Of a stretch of 64,000 nucleotides of DNA, positions 1-12,063 are shown one piece after another. This stretch comes from Macrostomum lignano. Taxonomy: Eukaryota. The DNA is taken from contig NIVC01002878.1 in the NCBI GenBank assembly GCA_002269645.1, positions 62,001-126,000 on the forward strand. The letters run 5' to 3'. Position 1 is the first letter of the stretch. Each line of letters begins with the position of its first letter. The notes under the pieces were generated by a model. The model had not been told where the DNA came from, made no database searches, and saw only the letters and a list, made by a program, of their open reading frames with translations. Both the position numbers and the translations under genes were made by a program.

Positions 1-155
1 CTCCTGCAGGTTGGTGTTCAGCACCATGATCTTCTCGGTTGAGATGAACAGGTCGACTGGGACGCAGGGCTGATGCTCCCCGTCTGGTGCCTGCGGGACG
101 GTGCGCGCGGAGGAGCTCCGTGAGCCTCACAGCATTGCAGCAGTAAGGGAGATGC

Positions 156-224
<69 letters not shown>

Positions 225-275
225 AACAGACAGACAGACAGACAGACACAGACAGACAGAGACAGAGACAGGCAC

Positions 276-321
<46 letters not shown>

Positions 322-390
322 GCACAGACAGACAGTCAGACACACAGACAGACACACAGACAGACACACAGACAGTCAGTCAGTCAGACA

Positions 391-424
<34 letters not shown>

Positions 425-463
425 AAGACAGACAGACAGACAGACAGAGACAGAGACAGGCAC

Positions 464-508
<45 letters not shown>

Positions 509-523
509 GACAGAGACAGGCAC

Positions 524-568
<45 letters not shown>

Positions 569-3500
569 TAGACAGGCAGGCAGACAGAGGATAGACAGAC
601 AGTCAGACACACAGACAGACACACAGACAGACACACAGACAGTCAGTCAGTCAGGCACACAGTCAGACACACAGTCAGACACACAGACAGTCAGTCAGGC
701 AGGCACACAGGCACATAGACAGTCAGTCAGTCAGACACACAGACAGACTCACCTTAATCCGGCCCACAGCCTCCTGAGCCTGGGCCATCCTAGTAGACTT
801 GCTGGGCTGTCCCTCCGAGAGCAGCTGAGTGGAGCCCAGGTACAGGGCCCGAAACAGCAGGCCCTCAATAAGCACCGTAGGCTGGTCCGGGTGACGCACG
901 GCCACTTTGGGAGGATGAGAAGAGTAAAGTGTAAAGTACGAATACTATCAGCATATATTAATAAGCCTTTCTATTGTGTTTTATTGCAAAGACGAACAGT
1001 TTATCTCAGCCATCTATATTACGTAATAAGGCAACATACAAAAACAAAGAGTTTAAGGATGCAGGATATTGCACACAAGTACTGACTGTGACACAATTAT
1101 ACGGCAGCGGTGAAGGCAGTGTGGCACCAGAAACAGGGGGTGCATAGAGGTACCGCATCACAAGCATAATCAAGTTCCGCATAATGCACAAAGACCATAT
1201 TCCTAGTTAATGGTAGAAAGGCAACAAAGTGTTTACAAAGATCATTAATAACACGGATGCACAACTTTTAAGCTTATTTTTGTGACACTATAACCACCAT
1301 ATTTTGTTTGTCTAGCCTTTAAAGCTACTGATTTTTTGAAGTAAGTAGTATCATTAGACTATTTCTATAATATTGATTGCCAGCTTAATGCAGAGAGAAA
1401 ATCATAAACAGCCAATATAAAAAACTTTATATAAAAAACTTACTTTCTTGATTGGCGAATGTTGAGATAGAAGCAAACGTTGTGTGGGTTTTAAGAGAGG
1501 GTCGGGGTAAAATACTAAGAAATAAATGAAACAATATGTTAGTTTATGCTGCTACTATATTAGTAAAACATTTAAATAACAGAAAAAATGTTGCATGCTT
1601 ATTAAATGTTAATAATTATGTATTATTTATTATCAAATAAATTCTTTCTAGCTTCAAGTATCCAGACACGACTACTCACCTTCTCTGCCTCTGTCTTTGC
1701 GCTGATCTTCAAAGCTGCGCTTGTCAGCCTGCAGTTCGGGTATTTCAACCCGCCTGTCGGATTCGTATTGCTTCTGCATCAGGCCTTCCGTGTCGCCATC
1801 GCTGTCGTATTCTGTTTGATGAATTTCAATTTTAACAGATTTGCCGGATTATTGAAATATACGTTTTGTATTACTTGTAAGGTAGTTAGTTGTTTAGTTA
1901 GTGAGTCAGTGAGGATATAGACAGTAATGCCTATTTATTCCACTTTTATGAAGAAATATAAGTGACACTCTGACAATTCCTTCCTCTTATCATATTCTTC
2001 AACCATAGGGTAGGGCCATAGACAGCTTAAACTACTGTATAACATGGAAAAGTAGAATGAGCACAACAGGGTCGAGGAAGTACTTGTTGATGGACGAGCT
2101 GATTTGTTATGTCTATGGCCCTAAGACTGGCAAGGCTAGGCTATAAACACTTAAATGACAAATTAAATATGTTATATACTATTTAACAGTAAGTAGCTAA
2201 ACTACTTTAATACAGTGGGTGTAGATACCGTAATTTCTAAACAAAAATTAATAAAGCGTAAAAAAACAGACACAAGCTACTAAAAGTAGTATATAATAAC
2301 TCAAAAGGACACAACGCTACTAAATGATAAAATAAAGGTGTCATGCATCACACTAAAACAAACAGTACTCATGCTAAATAATAAAACACTCAGAGTATAA
2401 TTTATTCAATTTCGAAATATTATAAATAGGCAATAGAAAGTAGAAAATGAGAATAAGTAACGGCTGTTCTGAGGCATTCTATCCTTTCTCTCCTTAGCTA
2501 GCTAGCTAGAGCAGGAGTCTGTCAATAAATGGTGGGATTAGACTCCGAAGATTATTAATAATCCCCTCACACCCGCCCACGCGGCAGGACGGAGCTAATC
2601 CCCACGAAAAATCCCTCTATTTTGTTCTCTTTTCCTCAATCTAAGACAAGAAAATTGAGCTGTTGAGCTAGACTAGTATTCTTGGCATAGTATGACAGAT
2701 GGGCTTTGCTCAGTAAAGTTTTATATTATTATTACTACACTTTATTAATATACATATATAATGTAACCCATTAAAGTACACGACGTACTTGAAACGATTT
2801 TAATGTAAGTTTTCTGCGAGAATAGTCTATATTAACATTGGAACATTAGAACTGGGGCCGTAGCCTAGTGGCCCAGAGTGGTGCCAGCGGCCCAGGCTCG
2901 ATTCCCAGTGCAGTCACATTAATTTGGGGCTAAATTGGAATCTCGGCTTGGCTCTTCTCGTGCAATTAAGGCGGCTTTGAGGGCCAACCCCCAACTGATC
3001 AGTTAATTGCTAATTAGGACGCATGTAAACAACATTAAAGACTTATTTTAATTTAATTTTAAATAGACACCAGTCACTATTAATTGTTAGTTTCTAAACG
3101 AAGATGATGTTTAAATCAAATAGCATCCACCTGAAAGCCATCCCCTGGCTGATGCCCATTAATCCATGGCTTAAATCCCGGATATACCTCGTATCAAGTT
3201 CCCATTGAATCATAGAAATCCCCCAAATATAATAAATCAGTATATAAATATAACGGTTAAATTTATATCCTCATTGGAATGAGATTAGAAAAGCAAACAG
3301 TTTGCTATTAGAGGTTTCAGAGGCTCGAGAAGATAAAAAATCAATTAACTATACATTAAAGTAAACTTTCTTCGGCAAAAATGCAAAAAACACTACACAG
3401 AGTTAAGTAAATAGGTAGAATATATATAGGAATATAAAATAGACACACAGTGAAGGTCAGAAGGCCCAGATCGAGAGCCAAAGGGTAACCGAATCTTTGC

Positions 3501-6500
3501 CAAACCCTTCCACTTTCAGACAACTGTAGAAGGCTGACTGCAGGTTCTATTTTTAATCTAAACACACACAAAATTATTATCACAATTGTTAATTTTGATT
3601 ACACCTGCCCTAATGGCTAGATGTGCAACCGACAGCTCAGCCGCAGCTATTGCGCGGCGCATCTGAAGGCTGCGTACGGCTGTTCAGTCCAAAAACACAC
3701 CCTCAATTACCCCAGCTAATGCTGGCGCCCATTTTATAGCTGAGTGAACTGAAGCAATGCAGAGTTAAGTGTCTTGCTCAAGGACACAAATTGTTCCGAG
3801 TAGGTCGAGAATCGAACCCCCGACCTTTCAGTCGTGAGTCCGACGCTCTGACCACTATAGGCTACAACCCCGTATAATCATAATTTAAGCGCAAACGCTT
3901 TCGGAGAACTAGTGCTGCAGAGCCTAGCCTGCAGTGCGTGTCTGTGCGTGTTGTCCGAAAGTGGCCGGGATTTGGCTAGAGAGTTGTTAACCCCATCAGT
4001 GCTCTGCATGTTGGGCCTTCTTGCAGGGATAGCATAATAGCACAAGCACTACAAACAGCGTGCACTAAGCTAACTACAGGCAGGACAAACAAACAGGATC
4101 TCTCTTCAAAACCATACTGACTACCTGCTCGATTACTAGTAGAAGCAGCAGTAGTAGTTGACTTGCTTTCGTTACAGCCAGACTGCTGACTACGACTAGT
4201 ATGCCCATATTTTTGTTTGTGTTGCTGTTGTTTCTGCTGCTGCTGCTGTTGCCAACCAGACGGTGAACTGCGAGATCGCGAGATGCCTTCGCCGCTATCA
4301 GCGCCGCAACCTGCCGATGACTGCGGCAACCTCAAGTACCTGCCGCGACGTTTACCGCTACTACCAGCCAGCAGAGCCGTAAGATAGCGCCTGCCACCTT
4401 CCAGCCTGCTTACAACGCCGCTATTGCCGCTATCATCGGAATCCTCTCCAGCATCAACAAAATCCTCAGAATCTTCATCATCATCCTCATCATCGTAATC
4501 GAACTCATCCGAGTCGCCATTCTCTTTTGCCGATAGTTTCTGCCTATTGCTGCGATTTCTACGAAACCTGCTGTTACCGCTGGCGCCAACTGTTGATGGC
4601 GGGAATCGCCAGACTTGAGTCTCAAGTCCGGCTGGATTTTTCATTGTAGAGTTTGAACGGGCAAAACCTGATTGAATTCACAGTGCAGTTTTGTGTTCAA
4701 TGCGAATTGCGAATACTAACGATATGTAGTGATGCTTTCGCTTCGCATTATCAATAAGTCAAACTGAGTCAAATTGGAGCGCGTTATAAAACGAGTCGCA
4801 TTAGGTCATAAAAATGCTCGAATAAATTAGAGGAAAACTGGGTCATATCATGGCCTCAAAAATGGGTCTTATCCTCAATAAATACATCATATCATCATGG
4901 CCTCATTAAATGGGTCATATCATCATGGCCTCATTAAATAGGTCATATCATCATGGCCTCATTAAATGGGTCATATCATCATGGCCTCATTAAATAGGTC
5001 ATATCATCATGGCCTCATTAAATGGGTCATATCATCATGGCCTCATTAAATAGGTCATATCATCATGGCCTCATTAAATAGGTCATATCATCATGGCCTC
5101 ATTAAATAGGTCATATCATCATGGCCTCATTAAATGGGTCATATCATCATGGCCTCATTAAATAGGTCATATCATCATGGCCTCATTAAATAGGTCATAT
5201 CATCATGGCCTCATTAAATAGGTCATATCATCATGGCCTCATTAAATGGGTCATATCATCATGGCCTCATTAAATAGGTCATATCATCATGGCCTCATTA
5301 AATGGGTCATATCATCATGGCCTCATTAAATAGGTCATATCATCATGGCCTCATTAAATAGGTCATATCATCATGGCCTCATTAAATGGGTCATATCATC
5401 ATGGCCTCATTAAATAGGTCATATCATCATGGCCTCATTAAATGGGTCATATCATCATGGCCTCATTAAATAGATCATATCATCATGGCCTCATTAAATA
5501 GGTCATATCATCATGGCCTCATTAAATAGGTCATATCATCATGGCCTCATTAAATGGGTCATATCATCATGGCCTCATTAAATAGGTCATATCATCATGG
5601 CCTCATTAAATAGGTCATATCATCATGGCCTCATTAAATAGGTCATACCATCATGGCCTCATTAAATGGGTCATATCATCATGGCATCATTAAATAGATC
5701 ATATCATCATGGCCTCATTAAATAGGTCATATCATCATCGCCTCATTAAATGGGTCATATCATCATGGCCTCATTAAATAGGTCATATCATCATGGCCTC
5801 ATTAAATGGGTCTTATCATCATGGCATCATTAAATAGGTCATATCATCATGGCCTCATTAAATGGGTCTTATCATCATGGCATCATTAAATAGGTCATAT
5901 CATCATGGCCTCATTAAATGGGTCATATCATCATGGCCTCATTAAATCGGTTATATCATCATGGCCTCATTAAATAGGTCATATCATCATGGCCTCATTA
6001 AATAGGTCATATCATCATGGCCTCATTAAATAGGTCATATCATCATGGCCTCATTAAATCGGTCATATCATCATGGCCTCATTAAATGGGTCATATCATC
6101 ATGGCCTCATTAAATGGGTCATATCATCATGGCCTCATTAAAAGGGTCATATCAGGACATCACTAAATATCATAAAAGTGACGTCATAAAACGTCATAAA
6201 AGTGACTGCAAGCGGGCCATAAGGACTTTAAGTAAATTAAATCGTTATTGCATAAAAACTGGTCCACCAAGTGCTTCAAAGAAAGATATTTCGTAAAATT
6301 GAATTATAAAAAATCAGTACAAAAACACAATTTTCTACTTGCATAGAATGATAAATTTCAACCACCGTGTTAATATTAGTAACACTTCTTAGAGAAAAAT
6401 ATTTTTAATCTTATAGAAAACAGTTACAAGATTACAAATTTCTTTTAACATCCTGTTAAGCTTTTCTTCTCTTCCTTACTCTCTTTCTACCGCGTCGTAT

Positions 6501-9185
6501 ACTCGTATAGCAGAGTTATAAAAACCCGCTACACGAAGGCCATCACATTATAACTACGCTCGTATGTTAATACCTCTAGCTAGAACATATTGAAATTTGT
6601 AGCAGAAAACTATATCATGCCATGTAGCAGTTATCATTTATAAAGTTATTGGCACTCTGGCATAAATTATGCATAAATTTAACATGCAGATTTCCTAATG
6701 TTTCTGAAGTCTACTGAAGTAAAAATATGTGCACTCACAAAATAGCGAGTATGTTAAATTTAACTCATTTGGCATCTTGCCAAACGCTGTTAGAATTGAA
6801 ATTAATCATAGTGATCAGATTTCTGCTACATGAATACCTCTAATCATATCCTGTAACTCTAGGCTGCCTATCCCCTTAAATCTATCCCCTACCTACCTCT
6901 CCCCTTGCCTACCTCTCCCCTTGCCTATCTCTCCCCTGCCTACCTCTCCCCTGCCTACCTCTCCCCTGTATATCTCTCCCCTGTCTACCTCTCCCCTGCC
7001 TACCTCTCCCCTGTCTATCTCTCCCCTGCCTACCTCTCCCCAGCCTGTCTCTCTCCTGCCTACCTCTCCCCTGCCTACCTCTCCTCAGCCTGTCTCTCTC
7101 CTGCCTACCTCTCCCCTGCCTTACCTATACCTTATCTACTTCTTCCCCTTGCCTACCTCTATCCCTGCCTACCTCTCCCCTTGCCTACTTATACCTTATC
7201 TACTTCTTCCCTATCTACCTCTCCCCTGTCTACCTCTCTCATTTCTACCTCTCCCCTGTCTACCTCTCCTGTCTACCTCTCCCCTGTTTACCTCTCCTGT
7301 CTACCTCTCCCCTGTTTACCTCTCCAGTGTCTACCTCTTCTATAACTAGTGTCTACTCCAGTGTCTACTCTCTACATCTCCCCTGTCTACCCCTGACCCC
7401 TCTACCCAGTCCCCCCTCTATGTCAAGGTTTAGAAAACAAAAACTTTCAGAACATGATCATCCACCATATTTAACAAAGCAATAATTATATTGATTAAAT
7501 CACTGAGACAGAACCAGACAGACCCAAACAGCACTCACCGCCAAACCGATTGTCTGTTGTCGACACTGAACGACTCAAACTGTCTGGAGAAGCTGCAGCC
7601 GCCGGTGCTACTGCTGCGGCAGCGGCGGCAGGACGGCTCCCAGCCGACTGAGTCGAATGGCCATTGGACGCACCGGTAGCTGTTGGTGCAGCAGAGTAGC
7701 CAGTGCTACTATAAGTAGCATTGCCGCTATTGCCATAGAACGGATGAGAATGTTCGTAGAGTCCGGTTGATGGAATCGGAGGACTTGAGGGCTGATGAGT
7801 CTGTTGCTGCTGCGCTTGCGATGAGGTGGACTGTGGGCTTCTGGGAATAGTAGAAATCACAACAATATTATTAGGTTTTGATAATCCTTAATGTTTTTGA
7901 TTCAGCTAATACCTAACCTTTTATGACTCAGCTAATCCTTAATCTTTTATGACTCATCTAATCCTTAATCCCTTATGACTCAGCTAATCATTGCTCCTTT
8001 ACGACTCAGCTAATCATTGATACTTTACGACTCAGCTAATCCTTAATCTTTTACGACTCAGCTAATCCTTAATCCCTTATGACTCAGCTAATCTTTAATC
8101 CCTTATGACTCAGCTAATCATTGATCCTTTATGACTCAGCTAATCCTTAATCTTTTACGACTCAGCTAATCCTTAATCTCTTATGACTCAGCTAATCATT
8201 GATCCTTTATGACTCAGCTAATTCTTAATCTTTTACGACTCAGCTAATCCTTAATCTTTTACGACTCAGCTAATCCTTAATCCTTTACGACTCAGCTAAT
8301 CCTTAATCTTTTACGACTCAGCTAATCCTTAATCTTTTACGACTCAGCTAATCCTTAATCTTTTACGACTCAGATAATCCTTAATATTTTACGACTCAGC
8401 AAATCCTTAATCCTTGGTTATTCTGCAGTTTAAATAACATTTGCAAAGTCCTAAATATATTAAATAGCTACTCACGGCATGCGAACCCACACTCCGTCAC
8501 TGGGATCGCTGGTCTGTTGTTGGTCCGCCCTCCCACCGCCACCTCCATTGCTGGAACCGCCGCCGCCTATTCCAGACTTGACCGAAGGTAGCGGCCTCCT
8601 CTGTTGAGCAATTGCCCGTTTAATATCCCGGATATCATTAGCAATGTCAGCTACCACATTCGGGTTTAGCAGTCCTCCCCCTCCTACAGCACCAGAGTAG
8701 GATCCACCTGTAGCTCCACTGTCATCATCAAAATCATTATCGCAGTTTTGATTTTCATCATTATCGTAGGCGGAATATTGTTCAAAACCAGCTGTAGCAG
8801 CGCTAGTACTACTGCTAGTAGCTGCTGCGCTGGTAGTTGGTTCGGAAGCGTCAAGAGCAATATCGGTTAATTCTGTATGAAACTCTGGTGCACAAGTGTA
8901 AGCTGATCCAGCGCGTTGAGATTGGTTGCTAGGCAACCGACTCGATGATGGGTAGATAACTTCCTCATTGTCATAATTGTATTTGCCATTGCCATTGTCA
9001 TTTGGTGGTATTGCATTAAGAGACTCGCTAGATGATGAAGAGTTTGCTAATCGCATGCCAACATAAGCATCTGGTTCTGGTGGTGGTGCTTGAGGAGGCT
9101 TTGACTGCTGCTGCTGACCCTGGTCAGATGAAGCAGCCATAGACAGTAGGTGAGGCTGCAGACTATAGTCATTAGTCAGATCCAT
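1..9185 (-). CDS. lin-10: LIN-10/X11/Mint (APBA family) adaptor, N-terminal region and start of PTB domain; 3' end runs off the window. Exons 9185-8476, 7840-7539, 4667-4125, 1811-1680 (less certain), 904-753, 90-<1
   Basis: Exons 904-753 and 90-1 translate to [41 protein letters not shown] / [30 protein letters not shown], which I recognise as the LIN-10/Mint PTB N-terminus. Upstream low-complexity exons have GT-AG boundaries whose phases (2,1,1,1,0) join in frame. Family assignment is from recall, not a search. Confidence 0.9.
154..750. repeat. (CAGA)n/(CA)n compound microsatellite filling a lin-10 intron
   Basis: Directly visible between the acceptor at 91-92 and the donor at 751-752. Confidence 0.97.
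2854..3000 (+). mobile_element. tRNA-derived SINE, family A, copy 1 (head and body)
   Basis: GGGGCCGTAGCCTAGTGG (A-box-like) and GGCTCGATTCCC (B-box-like). About 145 bp closely similar to the copy starting at 23809. Confidence 0.7.
3594..3871 (-). mobile_element. tRNA-derived CORE-type SINE, family B, full-length copy
   Basis: Minus strand reads GGGGTTGTAGCCTATAGTGG...GGGGTTCGATTCTC (pol III A/B boxes), then GTGTCCTTGAGCAAGACACTTAAC...CTTCAGTTCACTCAGCTATAAAATGGG, resembling the MIR/CORE domain. Second copy at 20596-20808. Confidence 0.8.
4887..6150. repeat. 28-bp minisatellite (GGTCATATCATCATGGCCTCATTAAATR) in a lin-10 intron
   Basis: About 45 near-identical tandem units. Confidence 0.97.
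6865..7400. repeat. 15-bp CT-rich minisatellite (CCTACCTCTCCCCTG)
   Basis: Tandem degenerate units; source of spurious ORFs 6905 and 6921. Confidence 0.93.
7895..8415. repeat. 26-bp minisatellite (GACTCAGCTAATCCTTAATCTTTTAC) filling lin-10 intron 8475-7841
   Basis: About 20 tandem units. Confidence 0.95.
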
Positions 9186-11180
9186 TCTGCAATGCAGATC
9201 TACTGCACCAGCATTTAATAAGCAATTGTTTTATACTTATTGCTTCTATGTTAAAGTATAGAGTGCACAAAGAATGTACACTTATACACACTAATTTTAA
9301 TTAGCTATATACTTGACAGTATTTTTTCTTGATTTTAAATCAATATTTAATTACATGAATTGAGATACAACAGAGAATAGTCAATTTTTAGCTTTAAATT
9401 ATAGTTGAACCTAAAATTAAAGATGGTTGCATGTGATCAACTTTCAGATTATAAAAATCAGGATCCTAATTTTTACTCAGAATTGCTAATAAAAAAGCCA
9501 ATTTTTTTAGAAAACTCTTATATTCAATATAACTAGAAAATATTTAACTTGGCATTAATATTTTAAGTCCTAAGCAACTCTTATTGAACAAGTTAGAAAA
9601 TAAAAGAAATGAAGTCTATTTAGCACTAATTAGATAATAAAGCATCATTAATATATATTATATAATAGCAATATATAATTTTTAATTGGCTTTAATAAGT
9701 ATAAGCAAAAAAGTAACGTCTATATCTGAAACATATGAAAATAATATTAATAATAAAAAATTATATTTGTTATAAATGTTGCTATAAAACTATATAGAAA
9801 CAATTTTTGCAAAACAACTTTTCTTAAATTCAAAAGGATTTAAATTGTTAGTGATTTGAAATAGAAAGGATTCTAAGAATACAAAAAAAATTAAGAAAAT
9901 TCCTAAGACAATTATATATTGATATTTAACCCTTGTATACTGGGTAATTCTACTGAAAATTTTGCCTTCTGAACTATGGTGCTAGGTTTTATTTAGCTAG
10001 GGCCTAGGTTTATTTTTTGTATAATATAGATGCTATAGCATCTTGACTTTCAAAATTGCAGTTTTGGTTCCACTGGTTTCTAATTGAGCTTATTCTATCT
10101 GTAGTCAGTGAAGATATTGCATATATATTGTAAAATAGTTAGTTAAAATGATGGAACCTAGAGCATTTAAACAATATTAACAAATACATTATTAAGTGGC
10201 TTCCTATCCTTTTCCTTATCCTATCCCAATTTCTAAATAGACAAACAGTTTTATTGAATAGAAGAAAATGCTTTTTATCTACTCAGCAGAAAAACTATCA
10301 GCAGACAATTGAACTAAAAAGACCTTGGCAGCAATGCATTGTCATATGGTTATCTAGCTAAAATTTAATGTTGATTATATACAATAACTGTAGCATATTT
10401 GGTAAAATAAATAATATATTTATTTCTATTTCTCCTTTTATGTATCAACATTGCCAACTAGGCCCAATTAGGCCTAATATACTAGTATATATAATGTTAA
10501 ATTTATGTCACAAAGTATCTTGCATTTCTTACAAAGCCAAATTAAAAATTGTTTGCACTACCTTTGTTGTGAAGTCTATGGCCAGTAGTATTAACTAGCA
10601 AAGAATAATTAAGCAAGAGTATCAAAAGCAATAATAGATTCTATTAAAAAGATATATCATTTCTAAACCATTAACTTTCAATGCTTATTAGCATTCTTTG
10701 CACTTGCACTTAAATTTGAAAAGTTTAAAAAGCAACTAGGCCTAGCCCCTAATGTAAATGCATTTCTTGCTTTCAATAATGCCAAATATACTAACCAGTA
10801 AGTTGTGAGCTTTCTTAGTTGGTGCAATGAAGTCCACTTAAATTAGATCATTGCGTTATAACCAAGGACTCTATGCATTTGCACTTGCAGCTACTTAAGA
10901 AGCCTAAGTTAGGCCTAAAATTTGCCTAGCAAAATACTGTTATTATTCTTGCAGTTGCTATTAGGCCTATATGTTATTGACAACCTAATAGCCAGTTAAT
11001 AGACAAGGATTGCGAAGCTCCCATGGCTTCTTGGCAGTCATATATTATTGAAACTCTATTTGTACATCCAACAAAATTGCAAGTATAGTCTAATGAGATT
11101 TTTTTGAATGCTTTTTAATAAATTTCAATTTAGCATTCTGAGTAATTTCTATAGATGATTCTGTCACTTGCTCCAACTTT

Positions 11181-12063
11181 CAGTGCTGGGCAAGTTAATC
11201 AATTTTTTAACTTGTTAAAAGTTAAAAAATTAATTCAATTGCTCCAAAAAAAAAACTGTAACTAGCAAAAATTTAACTTCTGAAAAAGTAAAAGTTAAAG
11301 TTAATATCCCTACCAGAAAAGTGACATTTTTCTGGACATGCATCTGGCACATTTTTTAAATTTCAAGTCGGCGTGGCGCGGCTATGGCCAGGTCGCGGCG
11401 TGGTGTGGCGCGCAGCGGCGCGACGCAGCGCAGGAGGTTGTGCGGCAGTGTGGGAAGTTGCATGGCTGTGCAGGAGGTTGTGCAGCAGTGTGGGAAGTTG
11501 CATGGCAGTGCAGGAGGTTGTGCGGCGGCATGGGAAGTCGCGCGGCGGCGCGACATGGCACAGGATGGTGCAACGCAACAAGGAAATATCTATGCAGTGC
11601 GATGCGGAGCAGCGCAGCAGGAAAGGCAGAATCATTACATGTATATAACAATAATTTCTAGTAGTCTTTGGGTAGAATATCAATAGATAATAGTTGAAGA
11701 TTCCAGAATCTTCGGGAATATTCTATACATTATAACTTGTAACTGAATTACCAGGTAATATACATGTAATAGTTTGTGACGCATTAAATAATGCTTAGAA
11801 AAGTGAAGTTATTTTATGTATATATTAATTTTACTTTTTAATGGCATACAAGCTGTTGAAACTCCCAGATTTTGAACCCAGGGAACTCTATTTCCTGGAA
11901 TTATTAACTTTTGTTGTTTAACTTTAACATACAAAAAAATTACCGATTTTTTTAACTAGTTAATACATAAAAAATTTAATGAAAATTTAACGATTTTAAA
12001 AAAAATTAACTAGGCCTAGTTAATTAACTAGTTAAACAATTAACTAGTTAACACCCAGCACTG
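11181..12063. mobile_element. hAT-type non-autonomous element (MITE), 883 bp
   Basis: TIR CAGTGCTGGG (11181-11190) and CCCAGCACTG (12054-12063). Perfect 8-bp TSD CCAACTTT at 11173-11180 and 12064-12071. Subterminal TTAACTAGTTAA motifs. Confidence 0.88.

Noticed and set aside
18-636. ORFs such as LSVC/TDRQ repeats
   Set aside because: Translations of the CAGA microsatellite inside a lin-10 intron.
3800-3871. tRNA gene (also 2854 and 23809)
   Set aside because: A/B boxes are present, but no clean cloverleaf or acceptor stem could be drawn and each continues into a repeated SINE body.
11338-11686. Seven overlapping ORFs in the GC-rich island
   Set aside because: By-product of GC-rich 40-bp repeats inside a MITE.
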